Of a stretch of DNA of 64,000 nt, positions 22,764-34,800 are shown piece by piece; position 1 is the first letter of the stretch; every line of letters starts with the position of its first letter. Position numbers and translations under genes: made by a program. The stretch spans positions 819,769 through 883,768 of the forward strand of contig NW_003314308.1 in assembly GCF_000143415.4 (NCBI RefSeq), given 5' to 3'. Source of the DNA: Selaginella moellendorffii (taxonomy: Eukaryota > Plantae > Lycopodiophyta). The notes under the pieces were generated by a model. The model was not told the DNA's origin. It made no database searches and worked only from the letters and a program-made list of their open reading frames with translations.

Positions 22764-24136
22764 CTACTGGGACGATCGCTTCTTCTTTGAAGCAGCATCG
22801 CCGTCGCCACCGCCACCGCCACCGCCACCGCCATCGTCCGGCTTACTCCTCTTTCTCGAAGCGTTGCTCTCGCCCTCGGACGAACAGGCTCTCAAGGTGT
22901 CGAGAAGTAGTACCTGGCTTGAGGACGACACTGGACAGATTGGATCCACAAGCACGTCCTCCACAACCCCGCAGCACTTGTCAAAGCTAGCCTGTGATCA
23001 TCGATAGCAACCAAGATCAAATACCAAAGCGCCACCACCAACGTTTACCTCTTCCACGAGTAGCATCCCCAGAAGAAGTTGCTTCAAAGCTTGAGCCTGC
23101 AATGGGACAGTCTCTTGAAGAGCACAGACCGTGGCCGCCACCGCCACGACCGACGCAGAGAAATCGAGGAAAACAATCTCTGCCACCCACAAACCAAGCG
23201 GTATTTCACAAACGAACAAAACAAGTGGAAGCTTGCCTGCTAGAGTCCCCAGGAGAAGCTCGTTGATTCTATTCCACGCCAGTAGCTTCAAGTGTTGCTG
23301 GAGCTCTATGCTGCGCAACAATCCCCCCACGAAGGAGAAGGCCGTGATCGAGTTCAGTCTCCACTCCAGCAACTTCATCACCGACACCTCCATTCTCTGG
23401 ATCGTCACGCTCTCGAAAAGGTGCTCCAGGCCCTCAATCTGACCAAGAGCAATCAACGGATCGTCCCGGATCGAAGCAACCAATCGCTGCCAACTTACCT
23501 GTAAATCCTGGAGCAGCGGCACGAAAGTCTCCTCCATTTTCGCCGCTAGAGATAAGCATGCAATGGATAGCAACTCGATCATCCAAGCTTTCCAAACCTG
23601 TAAGAAAAGCTTACAAACGGACCCCCAAAAACAAAACAAAAAAACTCGCTCGATCGATCGAGAGAACCTTGTGTCGGAGCTCCTTGGCAAGATATCTGTC
23701 CAAGTAGCTCACCGAGAGCGCCACCGTCGCGGGGCTAAACCCATACACGCCACGAACCTAGACGAAAGAAGAAAAAGATCAAGAAAACGGGGCATCGGCT
23801 AAGAAATCTCGATCGATCGCAAGAAAGAATCCATACCTTGATCATCCAATCCACGGCATTGGATCTGGCCGCGGAGACGAGCGGCTGGGACTCGAGACTG
23901 GAGCGATATTGGGGGCCGGGAGAATGCGCGACCTCCCGGCTCGCAAGATTCCTGAGAGCTTGCTCCTCGCCGTGGCGATCCATGTCGATCGCGCGGCACA
24001 GGAGATGGGGAGCCGCCGGGGGCCAGGCGCGGCCGCTGCTGCTGCAAGGGCTGGAGCTGCCGCTGGCGCAGCTGCCGATGTCCTCATTGCACTCGAGGAG
24101 GAGGAGATCGTCATCGCCGTCGGCAGCGATGGCCAT
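22764..24136 (-). CDS. CYCD: D-type cyclin (copy 2, multi-exon)
   Basis: LxCxE (LECNE), ARSNAVDWMIKV, ACLSLAAKMEE, IQRME. Intron positions correspond to copy 1. Poly-Gly tail from a GCCACC repeat. Confidence 0.93.
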
Positions 24137-24209
24137 TCTTCTTGATCGGCGCTGCTCACATCCTGGATTTGCCCTGGCTCTCCTTCTTCTTCTTCGTCAA
24201 GCCCAAGCA

Positions 24210-24241
<32 letters not shown>

Positions 24242-24797
24242 AGCGAGCGAGTAAAATCAATGAGCGCGATTGAGCCCCAAATTTCACGTCCAAATCGAAA
24301 TAAAACTCGCTCATAATTCCCGGAAATACGAGGCCAGCTACTGTATCGCTCCCTGTACTTGGTATTTTTCTTCCCCTCCATGATGATTGGTTTGATTTTC
24401 ATCCGCCAAGGTGTCCACCTTTATTTGAATCCATGGGATCAAACAATCATAACTTCAATATGCCTCCAATCTTTTCCAATCACACACTAAACCTTTGCGT
24501 GATCGGACCTTCCATCGATCGATCAACTCAATCGATTAGAAAATGAAAGTTTTTCCTTGACCAGAAACTTCGATCAAAGGTCAAGGTGAAATTGTTTGCC
24601 ACTGTTTTTTCACTTTGGCCTTTGGTTCTTGGCGAATCCAACAAGTTGGCTGGATTTGGAGAAGGGTGACAATACACACACACACACACACACAGAGCAA
24701 AAACACTGACTGGGGCCTTTTGTCCAAATTGGCTGGGCTGGGTTTTTGGCAGGCCAGGCCGGGGAGATGCCAAACAATGGCAAGCTTCCAAACTCGC

Positions 24798-24851
24798 CCA
24801 CGTCAGCTCGCCACGTCCGCGCCAGCGCAGCCCTAGCCTCCCACGTCAGCT
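24798..24851. promoter_or_regulatory. Cluster of three CCACGTC (bZIP/hexamer-type ACGT) motifs upstream of cyclin D copy 2
   Basis: ccacgtcagct 24798-24808, ccacgtcc 24811-24818, ccacgtcagct 24841-24851. Confidence 0.45.
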
Positions 24852-25065
24852 GCCCCAACAAAGATTGACACAAGGGATTGTTTATCCCTCTAAATATGCC
24901 AGATCGAAACGCCATCTTGACAAACAAGGGAAACAGCCAACACCAGCCGTGGATCTGGGCTCCTCAAAATCTGGCTGCCAACTTTCTCCAAAAGTAAATC
25001 GAAAGTTTCGAGGTTAAAGGTAAAGATTGAGCAAAATATGAAGAGAAAAAGGTAAATAAAGATTT

Positions 25066-25939
25066 ATGAAATGCATTTTTTTCTAGTTCTTGTTCTTGCT
25101 GTTCCCTTGAGATGGATCGAGTTTGTCCGGCCTTGAATCTGTAGCCATGCTGTCTCGCGAGGCGCACCGGATCCACGCCATGCACACGTGAAATCTCAAA
25201 ATTAGGCTTACAATCTCATCCGAACACTGCCCCAGAAGGAATCATCCTACACCTCGGGAAGGAGCTTCACATCCTCGTTCATGGTCCGGCTATGGTTCTT
25301 TACCTTCCTCTCAGCCGATGATGGGCTGTGCTCTTCTCCACAGACATCGAGCAAGGCGGCTATGGCAGGATCGCGTACGTGTGGAAGAACTTCGGCATCG
25401 ATTATGTGTCATGGGCTCGGCGGCCAGGGCTGGACACTTCCAATCGAGTACGAGTTCCCGGTAGCATCAAGCTCGCCTGGCCTCAGCGGCCAGCGCTGGA
25501 CACTGCCAGCAATCCAGTACGCCTGCTCGGTGATCCTGATCCCGACTGGGGGAACTGCTGGCCCTTTCGATCCAGCATCATCGGGGGAGCTGATGAGGCA
25601 GTTGGCTCCATCATCGGCCGCAGCGCCACGCTCGTCTCGCCCAGCGGCCGCTACAAGGCGAGGATGCAGCGCGACTGCAACTTTGTGCTCTACGACACTT
25701 ACCGCGACACGAACAAGGTGGTGTGGGCGAGCGACACCTTCGGCAAGGGCACTGAATGCTCCCTCATCCTGCAAATCGACGCAAATCTGGTGCTCCTCGA
25801 CGCTAAGGGGACGATCTTGTTCGTGTCGGGCGCATTCTGCGACAGTTGCGCCCTCACCGCCGCGCTCTCCGTCACGGACGGGGGCTACATCGTCATCTGG
25901 GAGACCGACTACCAAACCGAGCTCTGGCGCAAGCCATAG
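25066..25939 (+). pseudogene. Third, divergent copy of the unknown-domain/bulb-lectin gene, disabled by a nonsense codon, a micro-inversion and deletions
   Basis: 3' part GYGRIAYVWK...NCWPFRS...QRDCNFVLY...WETDYQTELWRKP. 25108-25203 is inverted. ATENLKVS and the YVTPDSS...YST segments are missing. Confidence 0.85.
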
Positions 25940-26239
25940 CCCTAACCCTAATTTCCATACCAGGAATATTCGCAAGCTACCAAGAATATTCGTTGGGCGT
26001 TTTGGTGCATTTGGCCCTGAGCTTCTCCCAACCGCCTCGTCGTGCTCCCTGGCTACCTCGTTTGCGAGGCATGGTTCTTGCCTAAAAGCCCCTTCTTGGC
26101 GCCCTCGATTTCGTCCTTGAGCATTGCCTTGGCGTCATCCAGGACGCTCCGCCCCTCGCCCTCATCGTCACCTGCGCTGCCAGATTTTGCTTTCTCTGCC
26201 TGCTCGTATTTCTCGTTGAGGCCTGCTGCATGGCGTCCA

Positions 26240-27059
26240 GGGGCATTCCAACCTCAAACAGCTCGAAGAAATGACAGTGGATTTGGTGCATCAGTCTGCG
26301 GTCTCGGAAGAGCTGGTGATAGCCATTGACGTTGTCAACAAAGTTCTAGAAGAAACGACACTTGACGTGCCCGCGAAGCCTGTTCCTGTGACTTTGGAAG
26401 GGCCCGGGCCCAGCGTCATCCTCCAGAGCCTCCAATTCGACCGATGCAGATAGAACGAGAGAAATGCGTGGAAGAACCAGCTATACCCGTGACGAAGGCA
26501 GAAGACAAGTTTGTAGCTCCTGGTGCGAGTGTCGCAAAGCAGCACTGCGAGAGCCCGGCCAAGATCGCCAAGGAGCAGCTGGTTTCGGTCATGAAGGAGC
26601 TAAAGTCATGGCTATTGCTGGTGCTTACGGTTGATGGCTATGACATATCATAGGAATTCAAGACCGCAAGGGGTTTGACTCTCGACCACCAGGCTCTCGG
26701 CTTTGCGAAGTTGTTGGATCTCATGAAGAAGGTCTGGATGTGGTCCAGATATCATATCCCAGGCCTGGTCTCTGCAGGATATATCCTTCTGGGACGACTG
26801 CAAGTCAAGACTAAGGAGAAGGAGAAAGACAAAGACAAGGCCAGGGACAAGTGATATCATGCATCGGTTGAGAGGCTGGCCGTTGTCGTTCATCAGCAGG
26901 AGGGGTGTCTGTGATCTAGCATCCATTTACAAGGAATTCAAAGCCGAGTGTAAGTTGAAGCTAGAGGCTAATGAGCAAGGCTTCTCTAGTATGAGTAAGT
27001 TAGAGCAGTTTTCCAATATTGTCTACAGTATGCCTGTAAATATGGTTTTTTGTTTATAA
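26240..27059 (+). pseudogene. Degenerate gene fragment with two OST-HTH/LOTUS-like domains
   Basis: LKSWLLLVLTVDGYDIS*EFKTARGLTLDHQALGFAKLLDLMKKV and LASIYKEFKAECKLKLEANEQGFSSMSKLEQFSNIV both fit the LOTUS pattern. Stops and frameshifts present. Confidence 0.55.
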
Positions 27060-28303
27060 TTAGTTACAAAACTATGTGGTTGTGTCTGCAAAAAATAATC
27101 TATATGTCACTTTTGTGTTTTAGGAATGGTTTTGGACCATGACAGAAGTGGTTTTGCACATAGTTTGTTTACTAGTTTCTAGTATGATATATGTCTTATT
27201 TGGTGATCACTCTAAGAGTGGTTTCTAGTGTGGTTTCTTGGAGCAATTTAGATTTTTTATATCATTCACCAACATAAATATAGTTTTAAAATTATATGTG
27301 TGACTAATGGAGAGAGTAGGATTTGGAAGAATTTTTTGGGCTCTATATGCACCTAATTTTTAGCACAATTTATTTTTATATTTGAATACAAATTTGTTAA
27401 CAATATATTTTGTAAAATATAGTAATGGTTTTAAATACATTTTCCTAGTAACTAATATTCTACCATTATAGGTATTTGTGGAACAAACCTTTTTTAATTG
27501 ACTAATTTTCTAAACTTCACAAACCATTCAATAATATATGTTAATACTAACTTGATTTTAGTTTTATGGGCATTTGATGTAGAAATATTCTATGGTTATA
27601 TAGTACTAGTTTACATTAGCAAGAGAAGGCTCTAATTAGAGTGGTAATTGCATTATTTATAGTAGTTACACTATCAAGAAGAGGCACTGGTGATTTGTAA
27701 GTGGTGCAATTTGTTCTTAATCCCTTTGTATGAAGTGATTAAAATATTGTACATATGTAATTTCTAGAGGATGAGCTTGTTAAACGTTATGGTGAACTTT
27801 ATAAACTTGTGATCTAACTTGCCTCAACACTTGATACAATCCTTTCCTAAATGAACTATATATAGTAAGATTGGGAAAATGAACTAACACCAAATCATTT
27901 ATTTTGTATTCCATTGCTATATGATGATGAGAGTTGTAGCACTAATATTATCTCATTTGTATGCAGCCCAAATATTTAATAGACTTTACTTAAATGAGTG
28001 AAAGAATGCTCGTCAAATATTGATCCTAGAAATTAACATTAGTAACTTGTGGTAATCATGAAGGTAAACCCAACTTTTTTTTCACAATATTGGATTATGA
28101 TTATATAAAAGTTTATATAGTGAAGCAACAATGGAACTTTATACCTTAGTGACATATGCATATAAAAAAGATGGCAAATAACCATCCCAATCTAAATATT
28201 AAAAATTTATATACTTTACATTCCGCAAACTTGTGGCAACAGGCCGAGCAATAGAAGTTAAACTCGAGCATGTATCAACAAACATAGATAAACCATTCAT
28301 CTA

Positions 28304-28461
28304 TGTAGTGCATATGATCATGGGATGATTGGATATATTGTCACCGTGGATTTTTGAAACCTTAGGGGATAAATGGGGATAAAATAGCTGTTAAGAGCTC
28401 TCTCATAAAGCAATTGTCTTTTTTTAGTTGGCTTAAGGGGAGAGAAATAGGGTGCATTACA
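28304..28461 (+). mobile_element. Solo short LTR of the TRIM family
   Basis: TGTA...TACA, degenerate reverse complement of the 162-bp LTRs at 50327-50488 and 50838-50999. No clear TSD. Confidence 0.75.
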
Positions 28462-28541
28462 TGTACCATAGAATAATCACAAAGTAGAATATAGACCTTC
28501 TATGTGTTATATGTCACATGCCATGTATTCAAAGATAGTGG

Positions 28542-30141
28542 TGTAGAACTCGAGTTTCAAGACCTTGGGCCACTAAATGAAACAACGGAGCCAAACTCTT
28601 AAGCATGGAGCCAAGGAACAAAGATACTAGAGCATAGAGTAACTCCTGAGCGTACAACCCAAGAAACAAAAAGATAGGACTACAGAGCGACTTAGAACAA
28701 TTCTAGAGGATCTAACATCCCAATGCCAAGACTAGCACACAAAACGGAGCCAAACAGAGTTTAGCGATATTTTAACATACTGGTGGCATAATGCGAAAAT
28801 ATAAGTATTTCACCAATTAGCATGATATGGAATTTGGGCTTAGACCCAAGCTGGACGCAAAACAAGGATAAGCATATAAGCGAGAGCTAGACTATGCCTT
28901 AGGTTGGTCGGCTATGCCCGACTTACTCACTATCCTTATTATACATTTGGAACCCTCCATAACTCATCCCATGATCACATATGCTACACTCACCCCCCCT
29001 TAAAAAATGTCAATGTCCTCATTAACTATTAACTAACAACTTTTATTAAGCCAAAGGGAACTAACACCTCCATTTCCAGACTAAATCTACCAATTCTTCC
29101 ATTATGTAAACTAGCTATTATATGTGAGGCAACTAGTCATCCACCTATGCCCAATACATACGATTTCAAATTTAGAGGTAGAAATATTATATTTTTAAGT
29201 AGCCACTAATCAATAGGAATCGAACCTGTGCCATTTGCTCTGATACCAAATGTAGCACACCTGAATTTGGAGCCGAACTCCAAGGTTGTTGTGCTACAAA
29301 GCGAGGGTACAATCCTATGAGCACCAGTTCCCCGTATCTAGCACTTGCACGCAAAATGGTATTAGATGGTGTTTGGCACAATTTTGGTATACCAATGGCC
29401 TTACGCAAGAAGGAGGGTACCCCACTGACTAGAGCAGCGTGGAGCTTGGGTTTAAACCCAAATCGGACTTAGAACAAGGAGCGACACAGCCTAGCAGGAG
29501 CTAAACTAATATTTTAGGTGGTTGGATATGCATTCCAACCATTATCCCTACTATACATTTGGAACACCCTCCCCCTTTTAGGAACACACGCTTTGGGCTT
29601 TCACCCCAAGCTTCTCTTAGTATTAAGAGTTAGTCCTTGGAATTAATTCAAAACTTATTAAATATGGAATGGCATTAGATTGCGAATTTGGATATGGGAT
29701 AAACACCATTATGTTTAGGCCAATCTCTACATTCCATAAATATGCCAAATTAGCAAATCTAGACACTTTCCATAATTAGCCAATGGAACGAAATAAGACC
29801 AATACAAAGGGCATAATAGCGAAGGTGTTTGGTAGACACGGTAAGCTATCATGTAACAATATTGAGAAACTAAACTCAATATCAAAGGGGTTCCCAACAC
29901 TAGCAAGTGCAAGTCAATGAATGAGTTTTTTTAACTAGGTCAAATATGCTTGACAAATAGTATTTAAGAATTCCGTCCTTATGCTCATCTGGTCAAGTGC
30001 ACATGCAATGACTAGTTTCTCAACTAGCTTGGGTGGAGACCATAAAAGAAACCAGTAGTATGACCTCCTGCTATCGTGGCAGTAAGGAAAGAGTATCCAT
30101 AAAGATTGGCCGACAAGTATCTTTTAATACCTGAAGTTAGA
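28542..30141 (-). mobile_element. Chimeric mini LTR element: long LTR (29251-~30141), PBS (29237-29248), TRIM-type internal region, PPT (28989-29000), recombinant LTR (28542-28988)
   Basis: PBS tggtatcagagc and PPT agggggggtgag. Internal region matches 50489-50837. Long LTR matches 46236-47125. Confidence 0.75.
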
Positions 30142-31533
30142 GCTTGGGTAGGTTTTGAGCTTATGAGTTCACTAGTTGAGCTCATGAGCTGAGCTCACGG
30201 CTTCTCAAACACAAGAAAAACATTGGTTTGTCCTGAACCAACATCTTTTCATTTTTCAAATTTTGATTTAATCTATATTTCCAAGTAAATTCGACCAATA
30301 AAATACAAATATAAATATAGATCTGAAAACTAAAATCAATCTAAAAATACTTCTCAAGCTCCGCAACTGTAAGGCTTGCCTGGTGGATGTGATGGTTGAT
30401 CTTAGGATCTTGGTTTACTTCCTGCATAAAAATGTAATAGATGTGCTTGCAGGCTAAATATACCTTTCCCCTGTTCTCCCTCTGTGTAAAATCTGGATAG
30501 GTATAGGATGGATTTTCACAGATTTTGGCAGTGTAGCTTGTACCCTTTGACAACTTAGTCACAACAACAAACTCTTTAACCACAGTTGGACCTTGAATTC
30601 AACTATAGCTATAGTCAAGTTGCATTGCAACCTATAGAAGAAATGGGTATAATGTAAACTGGCATGGAATCCTTAAAAAATGAAAAGCCACTTACTTGTG
30701 ATCATAGACATGGGCTCACATAGTTGACCAGCCTGAAACTCGTTCCATGTGGTCAAAATGGATCCAGGAATTAGCCAAGTCCCCATCTCCATCCATATCC
30801 ATTTGTTGTACAAAGTCCACACCAGAAGCAAGACCAAGGGTAAACATCTTAAAGATGAAAGGGTGTTGATTGTTCAAAGTCACTTGGCCAACAAACAAAC
30901 TCTCATGAATAAACTCATAGGGACATTGCCTCTTTAGCTCCAAAATCCAGATTGAAGCTTTCCATCTCACCTTTCTCACATCTAGTTCTTTATTCTACCA
31001 AAAAAAAGAGTGTTATTAGTGATAAAGTAGATTTAAGTATTAATTTTATACCTATTTAAATTTGTCACGGGTTTTATATTTCAAAGTAGGTCCTTCAAGC
31101 TATCTCCGTGAACTCATTTTTGGTATCAGATTGTAGCAATGTGTCCACCACATAGTCCTTTAGTATAGACTGTTAAACATACTTTGGAGTTGTAACACTT
31201 TTCTTCCCAGCCTCTATAGTAACAGTAGCCTTCAAATTGCAAAAAGAATCACGGCAGATTCCTTCCTCTATTGCATGTTGGTGGTATCCAACATGTTGTG
31301 AGACACAAGATCCCTAGACCCCAAAGTGGAGCCGGAAAGGGTGCCATGTGGTAGTGGCCGAAGCGAAAGCCAAATGAGCGTAACACGTTTGGACTAAAAG
31401 CTTCGACTTGGAAGGTCGAGAGCGGGAGTGGAACTCCCAACAAAGTGCTTGAGGAGTGAGCATGAGGCGACCAATAAGCAAGGCTCCAAAAAGGGACCTA
31501 AAAAGGACTAACACATGACACATGGAAGTGTCC

Positions 31534-31810
31534 GAGATGGATCCAAGATGGACCCGAGATGGAGTCCGAGATGGACCCGAGTTGGAGTCCGAGATGGACC
31601 CGAAGTGGAGTCCGAGATGGACCCGAGATGGAGTCCGAGATGGAGTCCGAGATGGACCCGAAGTGGAGTCCGAGATGGACCCGAGATGGAGTCCCAGATG
31701 GACCCAAGATGGAGTCCGAGATGGAGTCCGAGATGGAGTCCAAGATGGAGTCCGAGATGGACCTGAAATGGAGTCTGAGATGAAACCGAGACCAAGATCG
31801 AGACCGAGTC
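31534..31810 (+). repeat. 11/12-bp minisatellite (GAGATGGACCC / GAGATGGAGTCC) in the 5' LTR
   Basis: Directly visible tandem units. Source of spurious repetitive ORFs. Confidence 0.95.
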
Positions 31811-34800
31811 CAGTTTGGCCCAGGAAGGCCATACCCAGTGTTAGGTGATGAACTGACCATTGGGAAGTCCAAGACTAGAGTGAATACGGACCGACAAGCG
31901 GGGTAGCTTAGTGAAGTGTTCAAGAGCCGGCTTTAGTTCCCCCGGGAGATCGACTGGCCGATGCTCCTAGTCCAAGTGTGGGTGGCACTACCTACTTGGA
32001 TACCAGGCGTGGCTCAACGGAACTTCGCTCTAAGCCCATGCCTAAAGCACCCAAAGGCGGAAGGTGGGGAGAGTACCCAGGAGGCCCGCATAGGGCCACG
32101 GTGTTCCGAAATGCTGTCCCAAAGTCCTAGGCTATGGAAAGGAAGAGCAGTGATCCTCTGGTGTGGTGACCAATGACACAATCATGTGGTGAGGAAGTCC
32201 CAGAGGACAGTGGGACTTGGTGGTCGGGCCTGTGGGCCTTGATTTAGTGGCAGTGTTGGTGAACACGGCCATGGACAGAAAAGGATCTTGGTGGGGACTG
32301 TTAAAGGGATATTGGGGAAGGCTGTTCCCCATGTCTGTGGGCATCTTAAGGATGCTAAGGAGTGGACCTACGATGGTCACTCATGAACAGATGGCCCAAT
32401 TTTTGAGAGATGGGACTGCGTTGCAGGTGGTGTTGGACCACCGATGTGACCAAGGTGAATGGGCATGGCCTTAGCGTAACAGGCTAGTATGTCGGTGGTA
32501 CCTTGGGGTGTCGGTCATGGGATCGGACACGTGGAGCACTTGGACCAAGTGCAAAGGTTGAGTGGCGAGGATGCCATTCATGGGGCTAGCAAGCCCAAGT
32601 CCGAAATAGGACTTATGGAGGTTGTGAGTGAGACTCCTCCAAGTGGTCGGAGGTGTGGTTAAATGACTAAAGTAGAATGGAAAAATTAGTTGCTTACAAC
32701 TTGGTATCAGAGCGGTTCCTTAGTCCGACTTTTATTGGTGGCCAAACATATCACCACTTGTATTGGAATTGGAAGGTCCTAGATATGGACCTATCCTTGA
32801 GGAGTAGCATGTCGAGAGGACATGGCTCTCCACTCAAGTTCATGCGTGAACTTGTGCACGATGTGGTGGATGGAAGAGGGCCAGTAAGGGAATGACTTTG
32901 GGATCTTGGGAACAGTATAAGGTTTCCTCAGAGAGCTGAGGATGTGATTTAGATGAGCGTTTGATGCAGCAAACGGGCTAACGTAGTTGTGGTAAACAAC
33001 TATAATTGGGATCATAGGAAAGATGTAGACTCCAAAACAATAAAGGAGTCACAAGATTACCCTCATATAGTTGAGGCTGGTGCTCATAACTTTGAGACTG
33101 GAATTGATGACCATGGGAGGTCAAATACAGAAGAGGACACAAGTCCTTGAAGGTGGCTAGGGCTACCTTTAATAAATGCTGGAACAACTCAAGGAGTTGG
33201 AGGTGTATTTAAAGATGAGTTGCTATTCTTATCACATGGACAAGTATTCTTAAGGGGCAAAGGTTAGCCCCAAGAAAATCATCAAGTGTCGGAGTAACAC
33301 TTGCAAAGATGGTCCTTGTGAGTAGGACATGAATACAAGAAGTTGTATTCCAGCGAGTTGACACCTCGAAGACTAAAACCTCGCAGATTGTTGGATTAGC
33401 AAAGTCCAAAATGCTGGATGACTCAAGTGGAGTCAAAGAATAGTCTTAAGGGGATTGGTTGAAGCATTTGGACTGAGGTGTATGGTGCCTCATGAGGTAT
33501 GGAGAGGATCATAAGATCCAAGTATGAGAACAATAGGTATCTCATTGATGGCAAAATGTGCCATACTAAAGTTGTGGGAAAGATGTTCCCAGAAGAAAAC
33601 AACTTTGGTCCAGAGTTGGGTGCAAATACTATGGTGCGATGCTAACGGATAGTTAGCATGAGGAATAACTATATTAGTCCTGGCAAAGACCTAGACACTA
33701 ATAAGTAATGTCATAAGGATAGGCTCGTGGGGCCAATGGTGTGGAGACATTAAATGTGCCAAGGTGTGATACCTTGAAGTGATGTTGGTGGGTTCATAAG
33801 AACCCCTTGCCAAGGGAATCCCAATGGAAATGGGAATGGCATAGCCTAAGCTGGAAGGCATGTGATAGAGTGTCGTGACCAAAACAATGATGGAGGTGTG
33901 GAAGCACTAGCAATGAGTTGTAGGACTTGATAACTATAAGGCAACTAAGCAAAAGGTGCAAGATAATTAGTTAAACTGGTAGAAGGTAGCTACCCAAGAC
34001 TTCTTAATGGCATAAGGAAGTTAGATATACCCTTATGGGGGATAAATTGCTTATGTTGCGATATAGTAAGTCAATGTTGTAAAAGGGAATGCTTATTGTC
34101 AAAAAGGCCATCATTTGGGACATCCAAACACTCTAGAACACCAGGAGGTGGTTTTTAATGTTGCGAGGGCAATAAATAAGGCTCAAGGGACTAAGTCCTT
34201 AGCGAATGATGGATAGAAGGTGCTATCCAAATGTCCAAGGTTGCGAAGACGGGAGAAAACAGTCTACCCGAATTGGACAAAGCCAAAAATGGAATTTTGG
34301 CAAGGCTAGTGATGGGTATGTAAGGGCCCATAAGCAACAACGTTAATCCCGGTGTGTGGGATTATAAGGTGAGCATACCTGGATTGAGGAACCACTCCCT
34401 AGGCTATCGGGTTGGTTCATCTCTAAGAATACTTGCTAAGGCATGATAGAAAGTGCAAAGCTATCCTCTTAGTCTGGAGGAGAATGACTGAAGGAAAGGT
34501 GGGAGGCCAAAAGCAAGTAGTAAGGGGATAGAACTAAACCATAGGAATTGAAGGGCAGAACCAAGGGTGGTTGTGCCAATTGGGAGTGGAGAATCAAGTA
34601 GGGGCTCGAAGGTGTTGTTGCTAGCAACTATGAGGCTATGGAGAGTCTAAAATATGGAATTGTCCATATTAGACTATATGGCAACTAGAAAGCTTGCGAA
34701 AAAGGAGGCTTTAGCAAGCTAAGGAATAAAGTTCCTTTGAGGTTCCCAAAGACAATTCTAGGTAACTTAGTACTTAGAAAGGCTAAGTGTAAATGGTTCA

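Noticed and set aside
31314-31923. Repetitive ORFs (SRTP/HLGL/SISD), also at 36709-37735 and 44202-44796
   Set aside because: Translations of LTR minisatellites, open in many frames.
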